Shown: one piece after another, positions 37,700-49,430 of the stretch | Position numbering within the stretch: position 1 is the stretch's first letter | How the letters are laid out: each line of letters opens with the position of its first letter | NCBI RefSeq assembly: GCF_001194135.2 | Contig: NC_068982.1 | Coordinates: forward strand, 5,092,631-5,156,630 | Reading direction: 5' to 3' | Origin: Octopus bimaculoides | Lineage: Eukaryota | Length of the DNA stretch: 64,000 nt | Translations under genes and position numbers: made by a program | The notes under the pieces: generated by a model | Seen by the model: the letters and a program-made list of their open reading frames with translations, nothing else | Databases searched by the model: none | What the model was told of the DNA's origin: nothing

Positions 37700-38050
37700 A
37701 AGGCCAGATATGTGGTAAGTAGCTTGTTTACCAAGCACATGGTTCTGGGTTCAGTCCCACTGCATGGCACCTTGGGCAAGTGTCTTCTACTATAGCCTCG
37801 GGCTGACCAAAGCCTTGTGAGTGGATTTGGTAGACGGAAGCTGAAAGAAGCCTGTATATATATACGTGTGTGTGTGTGTATGTGTGTGTGCATATATGCT
37901 TGTGTCGGTGTTTATGTCCCTGTAACTTAACGGTTCGGCAAAAGTGACCGATAGAATAAGTACTAGGCTTACAAAGACTAAGTCTTGGGGTCGATTTGCT
38001 CGACTAAAGGCGATGCTCCAGCATGGTCACAGTCAAATGACTGAAACAAG
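37700..38050 (+). mobile_element. SINE-C
   Basis: tgtggtaagtagcttg...gggttcagtcccactgcatggcaccttgggcaagtgtcttctactatagcc...(tg)n...tail. Confidence 0.9.
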
Positions 38051-38396
38051 TAAAAGAATTCATTTGCATTCATTTACCCAGAGGCCTACACTGTTGCTTG
38101 GGTGGATCTGCATGACCTTAACTTTCAATCAAATATTGAATAATCATTGACTAAAGACATATGCATAAAGAAACAGTATTTCAACTAATGACAGGTTCAA
38201 GTATAAGTGAGTTTGTTAGAAGAGAAAAATGTGGGTGGAAGAAACACTTCAAGAATTGCAATTAAAATGTTTATTTGTCATATTATTGTCAGATGGTCTG
38301 ATAGAAACCATTCTTGCAAATAAAGCACTTCCTGTGAATACAGAACTATAAATGACATACTGGAATAGCCTAAATATTATTATTGGCTCAATGTAA

Positions 38397-38440
<44 letters not shown>

Positions 38441-38739
38441 AAGACAAACTCAAGAGAGCCACGAAGCGAAAAACAGAAACAAGGAAATAACTTAGAAATT
38501 GAAATTGAAGTGATGATTGCAATCAATAAGACTCAATAACATAAGCAATATGGAATAAAAATACAATAAGAAACAACGAACGTTGCATTTGATGTTCGTT
38601 CTGTAACATAATTGGAAGAAATATTTAGTTAAATATTGATGAAAATAGGTTAAACGAAAATGCTTTTATATGAATATGTTGGCTGGTGTAAACCAGTGTT
38701 ACAAAAATAGTTCCATATATGTGTTGGCTTGTGTAAACA

Positions 38740-38866
38740 TCATCATCATCGTCATCATCATTTAACATCCATTTTCCATGCTGGCATGGGTTGGATAGTT
38801 TGACAGGAGCTGGTGAGGCCAAATGCAGCACTAGGTTCCATAGTCTGTTTTGGCATGGTTTCTATC
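38740..38866 (-). mobile_element. SINE-R 3' part
   Basis: (cat)n-ttaacatccattttccatgctggcatgggttgg. Confidence 0.75.
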
Positions 38867-39313
38867 AGGGCTGTAGAGTCGAAACAAAAAACTTCGATTC
38901 CGACTGACTCCGACTCCTGTACTATTGGCACCTCTGACTCCGACTCCTCTTTATGTAATTGATTGTGGTATACATATCTCATAAAGCATATGGATATGCT
39001 TGTACTTTGAGTAAGCCTATATGTAAAAACTGGTTTATATTAAAGAATAAAGATACTGTGAGTCGGAATCAGAGTCGTTATAGTTTTACTGACTGATTCC
39101 AGCTATCCCTTCGTTGTTTCCAACTGACTCTGATTCCTCTTTATGTAATTAAGTGATTATGGTCTACATGTCTCATAAAACATATGCATACGCTTGTACT
39201 TTGAATAGGTCTATGTGTTAGAACTGGCTTATATGAAAGAATAAAGACATTGTGAGTCGGGAATCAGAGTCAGTATAGTTTTACCGACTCTGACTCTGTC
39301 TCCAGCTACCCCT
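38867..39313. mobile_element. Tandem dimer of a MITE-like unit with (gactcc/gagtc) subterminal repeats
   Basis: Left end agggctgtagagtcg. The ~190-bp core ctctttatgtaatt...aagaataaaga...gtgagtcgg occurs twice, and each unit ends tccagcta(t/c)ccct. Confidence 0.6.
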
Positions 39314-39314
39314 T

Positions 39315-39480
39315 AAATGCTGCTCTGTGTCACACTGAATCTGCCCGAGAACTACGTTAAGGATACACGTGTCTGTGGAGTGCTCAGCCACTTGCAAGTT
39401 AATTTCACGAGCAAGCTATTCCGTTGATCGGATCAACTGGAACCCTTGTTATCGTAACCGACAGAGTGCTCCTAGCATAG
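39315..39480 (+). mobile_element. SINE-N 3' part
   Basis: Reverse-complement homolog of 2461-2610 (tgtcacac...ttaagg.tacac.tgtctgtggagt.ctca...ttaatttca). Confidence 0.7.
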
Positions 39481-39489
39481 AGCCAAAGT

Positions 39490-39609
39490 AGAAAACAGGT
39501 TCCAGTTTCAGTCCCACTGTGGGGCATCTTGGATAAGTGTCTTCTACTATAGCCTCGGGCCAACCAAAGCCTTGTGAATGGATTTGGTAGACAGAAACTG
39601 AAAGAAAAC

Positions 39610-39676
<67 letters not shown>

Positions 39677-39882
39677 ATGCTTGTGTGTGTGTGTTTGTTC
39701 CCCCAACATCGCTTGACAACCAATGGTGGTGTGTTTACGTCCCCATAACTTAGCAGTTCGTCAAAAGAGACCGATAGAATAAGTACTAGGCATACAAAGA
39801 ATAAGTCCTGGGGTTGATTTACTCGACTAAAGGCGGTGCTCCAGCATGGCCACAGTCAAATGACGGAAACAAGTAAAAGCGT
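39490..39882 (+). mobile_element. SINE-C lacking most of its head
   Basis: tcagtcccactg...ttggataagtgtcttctactatagcc...(ta)n(tg)n...tail. Confidence 0.85.
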
Positions 39883-41816
39883 AAGTGGTTCAATGTAGTG
39901 TTGAAATATTCAAATTTGTGTGCACGTGCATGTGTGTGAGTGTGTCCGTGTGTGTTTGTGTGTGGTGTGTATGGATGTATGTGTGAAAGAAAGTTGAGAG
40001 GTTAGGATCTCTTATGCCCCACGGTGCCCACCTGAGCCGTGTGGCAGAGGAAAAAATCTGATGTATTTGACCTGACCAAAAGACATCAAAGAGACTCGTA
40101 ACAGATTGTATTCAATTAATAAGCAGTTATCAAATATATGACTTTTATAGACTCACCTAATTCACAGTTATTCAGCAATAAAATAATTACTACTATTGCT
40201 GTTTATTACAGTGATGATGATGATGGTGGCGGGGTTGGTGTTGGTGGTGGAGATAATGATGACGGTGGTGTTGGTGATGATAACAAATTACACACAGGGA
40301 AACACACCATCTGTGCTACATCGAATNNNNNNNNNNNNNNNNNNNNNNNNNNNNNNNNNNNNNNNNNNNNNNNNNNNNNNNNNNNNNNNNNNNNNNNNNN
40401 NNNNNNNNNNNNNNNNNNNNNNNNNNNNNNNNNNNNNNNNNNNNNNNNNNNNNNNNNNNNNNNNNNNNNNNNNNNNNNNNNNNNNNNNNNNNNNNNNNNN
40501 NNNNNNNNNNNNNNNNNNNNNNNNNNNNNNNNNNNNNNNNNNNNNNNNNNNNNNNNNNNNNNNNNNNNNNNNNNNNNNNNNNNNNNNNNNNNNNNNNNNN
40601 NNNGTGATGATAACAAATTACACACAGGGAAACACACCATCTGTGCTACATCGAATAAAAAAAAGCAACCACAGATTAAAATATAATGACACTTTGCAAT
40701 TGACCATCAGTTTCGGATAGTTGCAGCTACACAGGATTGAATATTTTCGCTGCTTATTACTCATAAGTATTCTATCAACTTCAGCGATATAAAAGAGCAA
40801 AGTCATCTATGCAAGAAAATATGTAAATGCTATAAATTTCGGTGCCATTAATTACTACAAATATTGGTGCAACAAATGTGACGTTCATATAACGCAGAGA
40901 AAATGGTGAAGACTATGCCAGGCTCTTTTTTTTTTTTTTTTTTTTTCAGAAATACATTTATAATTTCTGAACAGATTTTGCTAGCTATCAATTAAAAGAT
41001 GGAAATATAATTAAATAATTACAATTAAATAATTACATTTGAATAACATTAGATTCAAATGGAGGATCATTATTCCAAAATCAAAAGGAAAAGGTCAAAT
41101 GATGTTGAAATGAAAAAAAAGGAAAATGAAAAATTAATTAACAAATTAAAAGTAGCCTATAATAAGGCAATTTCCGAAAGAAAAGGAGAGACATTGAAAG
41201 CAAGGAGCAGAGATAAAGGAAATGAGGAGGTAGATTTCTTTTTCGGGGAATGTTTCAGGAAAAAAAATTCAGATAATTCTCTACTTGTGTCAACTTATTA
41301 AGTAGCATAGATAACAGATTAATCAAAATAACAGCTGCAGGCTACTGAAGAAACACAAAAGTACATGACGGAAAACCTATGTAAATGTGCAGAAATATGC
41401 AATAAACACAACAGATATACTTTCCAAGCAAGATGAACGAAAAGATTATCTCTAATAACATTGGCAGTAACTGCTATTAACAGCATTGCCAAACATCATG
41501 GAGCAATCACATTACACCCTCATGTTATAACGATAATAATACCATTAGCAAAAAGCAACTAAGTAGACAGAGATATTGTTATTCTTTATCCACCAGCAGC
41601 AGCAGCAGCAAGCTCCCTCAAAACAATATATTTTGTCGAAGGAATATTTGCCAGCAATATAAAAGAAAATAATAAAATTCACCCTGTTTTCATCTTTGTC
41701 TGTATATGGAAAGCGGACGTTAAACGATGATGATGATGATGATGATGATATATACACACATAATGATATATAATGGATGAGCTCAAGAATTGTGGTTCTT
41801 TTCTCTAAATTATATA

Positions 41817-41879
<63 letters not shown>

Positions 41880-42290
41880 GTAATCAATTTTTATGAGGAA
41901 TTCTGTGGAATATTGCCGTGTAGTTCACTAATGTTTTCCCATCCAGTTTAGAGTTGTGTAGTGATGTGTGTTGCAATTGCCCCTTGTTCTAAGTGCATGG
42001 TGAACTGGCAGGAAAGTATTGTACATGTATGGCTAATATAAGGGTCGGATTCATAAGATTTACAGTCTTCCATATAATTTGTAAATCACACTGTCATTAG
42101 TAGATTCATCATGGGTTTATATACTTGTGCTTTGTAATTGATAAAGAAGTTCTTAATTTTAGTGTTTTCTTAGTATATTATTAGACTACATTTATGGCTT
42201 GGAGTAAATGCATTGCATGTTGAAAGCTCCAAATCCCAAATGGGATTCATAAATTGTGATTGCAAATATAAAAGTTGTAAATTCCACTTG
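41880..42290 (-). mobile_element. Decayed Penelope-like element fragment, GIY-YIG endonuclease region
   Basis: With frameshifts, the minus strand gives SVIYKL / EDCKSYESDPYISHTCTILSCQFTMHLEQGAIATH / KLDGKTLVNYTAI. This fits the VIYK..C...C....YIG.T...L..R.TMHL..GAI..H pattern I recall for PLE endonucleases. It abuts (TA)n. Confidence 0.6.
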
Positions 42291-42780
42291 TTATATTGGC
42301 CAAAAAAAGTATGACACTTTCTCATTGGTTCACTGTACACTCACAACAAAGAGTTTTTGCACTACACCACACAAGATAAAAGCATAACTAGATAAGAAAA
42401 CATTGGTGGGACAATACATTAGTGCCCTACAGAATTTCCCACAAAAACAGGCAACCAATGATGGAAGCAATACTCATAACAATGCCAGAACAAACACATA
42501 GAAGACATACAGACATACATATAGACACTGGCCAAAAACAGAAATAAACATTTGCCAGTTTACATAGAAATTTAAAAGTTAAAGTTCAAATTTCAGCAGT
42601 AATCTACAAGACATAGCAACATGTGCCAACATCACTCAATCCTGAAGATGAGATTGCAAAGGTCCAAAATATCAATGAGGAATTTATAAACTTTACTGTT
42701 CTAAACAAATGGCACAAAACTCATATGAAAATATGAAAAATCCTTCATAAAAGCTATTCCCATATATATAATTGTATATG

Positions 42781-43037
42781 GGAGTGGCTGTGTGGTAAGT
42801 AGCTTGCTTACGACCACATGGTTCTGAGTTCAACCGTGTGTGTTGCAGCTACACAGGATTGAATAATTTTGCTGCTTATTTCTCATAGGGCTTCTTTCAG
42901 TTCCTGACTACCAGATCCACTCACAAGGCCCGAGGCTATAGTAGAAGACAATTAACCGAGGTGCCATGCAGTGGGACTGAACCCGGAACCATGTGGTTTG
43001 GAAGCAAGCTTCTTACCATGCAGTCATGCCTCCACCT
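42781..43037. mobile_element. Head-to-head SINE-C fragments with a 46-bp insert between them
   Basis: + strand head at 42781-42835, minus-strand head+CORE at 42888-43037; the insert matches 40720-40765. Confidence 0.75.
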
Positions 43038-43269
43038 ACGAGTAAAGTGAAAAGAAGGGGAAAAACTAAGATTGGTTAAGTATGTCTTTAAATTAAGACA
43101 TATTTGTACAAAGAATCTTTATTGTAAAAGACTCCTTTCTTTGCAAACCAGTCACCCTTAAGATGGCACGATACCTAGTTTCTTTGTTAGCAGACTGAAA
43201 ACAATAAACGGTCTACTATGCTTTCATATTAACATATTGCAGTTTATGTAATACAATTTTATTATTAGT

Positions 43270-43732
43270 ATTTGTTGGTAATGTGAACTGGCAAACTCAT
43301 TAATATGCTTAGTGGCATTTCGTCTGTGTTTACATTATGTGTTCAAATTCCATCAAGATTGATTTTGCCTTTCATCCTTTTGGGGTCAATGAAATAAGCA
43401 CCAGTTATGCACTGGGGGGAGGGGGTCGATACCATTGATTTACTCCCTCTCTCAAAATTGCAGGCCTTATGCCAAAATTTGAAACAAATATTAATTGGCA
43501 TTTATTCTACATATACTTAAAAAAATATTCTTTTCTACTCTAAACACAAGGCCCGAAATTTGGGGGAAGGGGGCCAGTCAATTAGGTTGACCCCAGTGCG
43601 CAACTGGTACTTAAGTTACCAACCCCGAGGGGATGAAAAGCAAAGTTGACCTAGGCGAAATTTGAACTCAGAACATAAAGACAGACGGTCATTTCGCCTG
43701 GCATGCTAACATTTCTGTCAGCTTGCTGCCTT
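43270..43732. mobile_element. Tail-to-tail SINE-M pair (+ 43270-43490, - 43525-43732)
   Basis: Family motif present in both orientations. Confidence 0.85.
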
Positions 43733-45219
43733 GTAAGAAACAAATATTAAAAGGGTCAATAGAAATATCCTAGCACCAAGATATCTATGCAACCCTAAAA
43801 TTATATTCATAAACCTTAAGATAAAATTCATGATAAAACTCAGAACGTAAAGACAGATGAAATACCGCTAAGTCTTTAACCCGGATTCCTAACCTTTCTG
43901 CCAGTTCACCACCTTCTGCCACTAAAATATTGAGTCAAAATTATCAAAATAGTAACTAGTTGCTTGTAAAGTCTCCAAGAGGGTGCAAGTACATAATTAT
44001 ACACGTGTAGCATTCCTAAACGTTATTCACAAAAATTATTCACTTGAAATACTAAAGCTGATGAGATTTTGGATAACGTAATTCTCTGTAAGGCAATCTA
44101 ATTTGAAACTTCGTCACAGTAAAATGACACATTTATTAAGAGCCAACTTCCCAAGACACTTAAATAAGAATAGATTTGCATCAAGAGTTTGAAATGAAAT
44201 AAAATTTAGGTCAAACACATAATGAAATATTGCAGTTTTTTCTTGTTTTCTTTTCAGATATACCCAGCAGAATATTAACTTCATTTTGATCATTAAAAAG
44301 CTTTTAGTTCACTTAAAACATAATTTTAAAAATTTCTTTAATTTTAATGAAATTGTTCATAATTGCTGAGGCAATACATCAGAGTAATTATTCGAATGCT
44401 GCTTTCCATGCTGAGAAGGTCCACTTCATACAAATATGAACTGGTTATAGAAATATTATTTCTCTTATGAAAACATAATTCATGAATCAACTTTTAAGAG
44501 CAAATTAATATTTAGATTCTTTTTTTTTTTTTTCTTTATTACTAAATTATTACGTTTCATAATAAAATGATAAACTTAGTGCACATAAGTCTTTTCCCAT
44601 CTGAATTGCATTGACTACAGTCTTTTTACAATTGTTAAGTCTTCATGCCATTTCAAGCATAAAAAGTTGATTTTTGTAGAAGTAGTTCATTACAAAGAAC
44701 TGAAGTTAAATGTCTGATAATTTCAGAAAATAATTTCAACCAGAAAGCACTTACCAAAGCTAAAATACTACCTTGGTTCCTTTGATGTTTAAAGAGGCTG
44801 CCAGTTAAAAACTATGATGCTGATTTGCTTTGCAGCTGTCTATGAATAAAAATGAGTAGCAATAGCCAAAATTACAGCGCTTTTAGGTGAAGAAACCTGC
44901 TTCCAGGATCGTCCAAAGAAATTATACATAAGCAACAATACAATACATCTAAGAATCAATTTTGAAGTAACACAAAGCCAAGAAGACTGGAGAAAGCAGG
45001 TAAGATGCAGGCAAAGTGAAAATCTGTTGTAAAACTACAAAGATTTTTTAAAAAATATATTGCAGTTTCCAATATTTCATGAATGTCAGAATACTAATTT
45101 CCAACTGGAGTACCCGTGTATCTACTCTGCAGCAAGACACCTGTGTCTGTGCCCTCTATACCCTAAATCTTTAAACTGGCACAAGCCACTAGTCCTCACC
45201 ATCTCAGTTGAGAGGTTCT

Positions 45220-45452
45220 TGTTTTGCAAGGCACTTGGTGGTCCTGTCAATGCTGGTGCCACATAAAATGCCGTGGTGTTGGCTCCGCATAAAAAGGATC
45301 CGGTACATTCTGTAAAATGGCTTGCATTAGGAGGAGCATCCAGCTGTAGAAACCATGCCAAAACAGACTATGGAACCTGGTGCATCTCCTGTCAAACCAC
45401 CTAACCCATGCCAGCTCAGGAAACAGACGTTAAATGATGATAATGATGATAT
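45220..45452 (+). mobile_element. SINE-R
   Basis: gcattaggaggagcatccagctgtagaaacc...gacgttaaatgatgataatgatgat. Confidence 0.75.
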
Positions 45453-45799
45453 AACATTAGGTCTGACAGAGTTTCTGTTGTAACCTCAGAAGCAAATCTA
45501 TTTTAATTTACTCGTCTTTGTTTATGTAGTGAAATATTATCTGACACTAAATTACTGCTTTTTTGATGAGAGAAAGACATCTTCAATTCGCTTAAGACCA
45601 CAAAAAATGTACAACTGTCAGCCTTTTAAGTTATGCTGTTTTCGAAAAAGACTGAGAAATTGTAGAAATGCTGACCAAATATCATGGCATTTAGTTTCAA
45701 TTCTCTATGTCCTAAGTTCAAATTCTACCAAAGTTGGCTTCACATTCCATTTTTTATCAATTTGTTTTGTGTATGTGTATGGCAGGTTTCATTAAAACA

Positions 45800-46125
45800 T
45801 TGAATCTTTCTTCTCTCCAGCGTCAATGTAAGTGCTATATCATTTGCACAATGTGGAGAATATACCACAAGCATTGCCCAAAAGACCTTAACATTAGATT
45901 CAGAATTCATCCATGGATGGGGCCACTAAAAACTTCAGGCTCACAATTTCTCTTCTTCCACAGGCCCTGCTCTATATAACATTATCCCAAAACAGCTCAA
46001 AGAAGAAAAAGATCCCATCAACTTCAAACGAAACCTGGACAGTTTTTCTCAAGTGATACCAGACAAGTCACCGATACCTCAATACATTTTGGTCAACAAA
46101 ACTCCCTACTTCACTGGGCCGTGAC
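45800..46125 (+). mobile_element. CR1-type LINE ORF2 C-terminal remnant
   Basis: LNLSSLQRQCKCYIICTMWRIYHKHCPKDLNIRFRIHPWMGP, then after a frameshift STGPALYNIIPKQLKEEKDPINFKRNLDSFSQVIPDKSPIPQY. Fits the SLQRR..RY...WK / GP.LFN.LP...FK..LD.FL..IPD.P pattern of invertebrate CR1. Confidence 0.75.
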
Positions 46126-46699
46126 ACCACAAAAGTTGACTCACCAATGACTTAACAGATCCTATCTTTGGCCAAAATGTTAGAAATACAGAGGGTCAAT
46201 TCAATTAAATATAATCCACTTTTTAATCAACTTTGTGCTGACACAAGAAATAAAATCATTTTATTGCAAACAAAATCTGCCTTACAAACCACACAGACAG
46301 AAATTCAATATTTTATCCAGCATATTAACACAATTGACAGGAAGAAAGATGTTCAAGAGCAAATCAGAAATAAATTTATATAAATTTTGTAATACAGAAT
46401 TATTTTTACTTTTGTAAAAGAGTGAATATCACCAACTTTCACCTATTTATATCTGTCCTATCTCCTCTTTGATTTATTTCCCTGCCAAATGCCAGAATAC
46501 ATCATATAATTCAACAAATTAAAATCAGTTGAGTTTATCCATCATCATTCTTCAATGTTAATCCAAATTTCTATACATCAGACTTACTCCTTCCTAAATC
46601 TATATATCTATATATATATATATATATATATACACGACATATATGTGTTTTGATATATACACATGTATATGTGAGAGTGTGTGTGTGTGTGTGTTGTGC

Positions 46700-46959
46700 C
46701 GCCTGATTGGATTCCGTACCAGTGGCACATAAAAAGCACCATTTAAGCGTGGCTGATGGCAGTGCCATCTGACTGGCTCCCATGCCAGTGACATGCAAAA
46801 AGCACCCACTACACTCTCGGAGTGGTTGGCGTTAGGAAGGACATCCAGCTGTAGAAACTCTGCCAGATCAGATTGGAGCCTGGTGTAGCCTTCGGGCTCC
46901 ACCAGTCCTCAGTCAAATCGTCCAACCCATGCTAGCATGGAAAGCGGACGTTAAACGAC

Positions 46960-46990
<31 letters not shown>
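46700..46990 (+). mobile_element. SINE-R
   Basis: cggagtggttggcgttaggaaggacatccagctgtagaaactc...gcggacgttaaacgac(gat)n. Confidence 0.9.
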
Positions 46991-46994
46991 AGAA

Positions 46995-47215
46995 AGAGGG
47001 TTAAGCTGGCAGAATCATTAGCATGCTGGATGAAATACTTAGCAGTATTTCGCTTGTCGCTATGTTCTGAGTTCAAATTCTGCCAACGTTGACTTTGCTT
47101 TTCATCCTTTCAGAGTCGATAAATTAAGTACCAGTTGCGTACTGGGGTCGATGTAAATGACTCACCCCCACCCCCCACAAATGGCTGCTCTTCTGGCAAA
47201 AATTTGAAACCATTA
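46995..47215 (+). mobile_element. SINE-M
   Basis: gctggcagaatcattagc...gactttgcttttcatcctttcagagtcgataaattaagtacc. Confidence 0.85.
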
Positions 47216-47689
47216 TTACTCTAATTGATGATGACTCATTGCTGAAAATTACCAATAATTTTACATAGACAATACTCATCAAATCCACCCATGCCCTTCT
47301 ACACTTGCATGCCTAAGAGATTTTTCTTTTTTTTGTTTCTTTTTTTTTTTTTGTAATTTCAAGAGACAACAAAACATCATCATTAGAATTGAAAGAACAT
47401 CTCAATTCTATGATACAGTTTGTAGCTTAAAACATGAATTTCTCATTGCTTTCTTTTTGTGGAAGTAATTAATGCAGAATTTATTTCATCATTATTTTTA
47501 TCATTCAACTGAAGTCAATTTTTGCATGCTAACACAGGTTAGATATTTATCAATCTGCGTACATGGCATCACAGCAGCTGTGCAAATCGGTGCCGGAGAG
47601 AAGAAACGGAGAAGATAATGGATATTGAAAGATAACGAACACATTCATAACAGGAAATATTATAAACACAGACTAAATGTCTTTTATCT

Positions 47690-48055
47690 TTTATCTCTTA
47701 CTTGTTCCAGTCATTAGACTATGGCCATGCTGGAGTGCAGCTTTGGGGGATTTTAGTTGAATGAATCAACCCTGGTACTTATTCTATCAGTCTCTTTTGA
47801 CAAACTGTTACAGGGATGGAAAGATTCCAGTATTGGTTGTCAAGTGGTGCAAGGGGTGGAGGGAACAGACACAAACAAACACACACACACATGTATATAC
47901 AATGTTCTTCTTCCAGTTTCTGTGTCCCAAATCCCCTCATAAGGCTTTAGTAGGCCTGAAGCTGTAGGGCTACAGAAGAAGACATTTGCCCAAGGTGCCA
48001 TGCAGTGAGACGGAACCTGGAGACATGTGGTTAGGAAGCAAGCTTCTTACCACAA
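47690..48055 (-). mobile_element. SINE-C, degenerate
   Basis: Tail, CORE-like segment and head in reverse complement. Confidence 0.8.
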
Positions 48056-48096
48056 TCATATCATAGAAAGAAAAGTCATAATATATCTAAAACAAA

Positions 48097-48287
48097 AGGC
48101 AGCGACCTGGCAGAAACGTTAGCACGCCGGGCGTGCTTACATTCCGAGTTCAAATTCCACCAAGGTTGATTTTGCCATTCATCCTTTTGGGGTCGATAAA
48201 TTAAGAACCAGTTGCATACTGGGGTCGATCTAATTGACTGGCCCCTTCCCCCAAAATTTCAGGCCTTGTGCCTAGAGTAGAAAAGAA
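48097..48287 (+). mobile_element. SINE-M with a probable TSD
   Basis: Family motif; atatatctaaaacaaa flanks both sides (about 48081-48096 and 48287-48302). Confidence 0.9.
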
Positions 48288-49082
48288 TATATCTAAAACA
48301 AATAACTACAAGCAACCGTAATTTTTAGATTTTTTTTGTTTTGCTGCATCAGATTAATTGCATTTTGAAAATTATTATTAACCAAACAAAAACAGAATCA
48401 AACCTTAAGCAGAATTTTTATCTGGAGTACTTTAGCTGTCATTTAATCCATTTGATACCAATTTTAGAATCAGAATGAAGAAAAAGAATGCAAAGGAAGA
48501 AAATATTGGATGTTTTGAAAAAATAAAAGAAAACAAATGGAAAAGAAAAAGGAAAAAACAGAGGAAAAGCCTTTGTTAAGGAATTTAAGCAATAAAGATA
48601 GAAATCATAAACATTCAAGAATGTAGCAAATTTAATTATTCATTGTGTTTAATAAAAAAAAAACATTCAAAACTAAACAAAATAACAACAAAAAAACTGG
48701 TTCATTGACTAACTTATATAATTAATTGAATTCAATGATAAGGTATAAGAACTGTAATAGTGAATTAAACTGATAAGACATGTGAACTCTAATAGCTAAA
48801 AAAAACAGTTTTCCATCTTTCTTAGGTTTCTTTAAATGAAAGATTCTCAATTGTTTCAGAAATGCAAAAGTGGATTAGGAAAGAAAAAAAAGTAAGACCA
48901 ACCTATAAATTCCAGTTAAGTATTTTGAATAAATAGATTAATGTGGGTCTTATGAAATATATAAATGCTTTCTGATCATTTCAGCATTTACCTCCTGTTA
49001 GAGCAATTTTTCTATGAGTGGAGTTTTATTTCTACCAAGAATCCTTTCAAAACATAATACCATTTTTTGCAATTTAACCACA

Positions 49083-49084
<2 letters not shown>

Positions 49085-49116
<32 letters not shown>

Positions 49117-49430
49117 TCATCATCATCATTTAATGTCTGTTGTCCATGCTGGCATGGGTTGGACAGTTTGACTGGGCTGGCATGTTGGAAGGCTGCACCA
49201 GACTCCAGTGTGATTTGGAATGGTTTTTCTATGGCTGGATGCCTTTCCTAATGCCAACCACTCCGAGAGTGTAATGGGTGCTTTTACATGCCACTGGCAC
49301 AGGTGCTAATTTGTGTGACACTGGTATCTGCCACAACTTGCTCGGCTTGATGGGTCTTCTCAAAGACGACATAATGCCAAAGGTCTTTGTGATGCCCAGC
49401 ACTTGAAAAGAACTCAGCCACTTTGCCTCC
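49085..49430 (-). mobile_element. SINE-R, longer subfamily
   Basis: (cgt)n(cat)n...ctatggctggatgcctttcctaatgccaacc...; the extension matches 52540-52683. Confidence 0.8.

Noticed and set aside
40266-40656. Identical 53-bp sequence on both sides of a gap
   Set aside because: Most likely an unmerged contig overlap (false gap), not a real duplication.
41059-41301. 80-aa Lys-rich ORF with KARSR...E..FFF, faintly like an L1/Tx1 ORF2 linker
   Set aside because: Similarity is too short and the composition too biased to support a call without a search.
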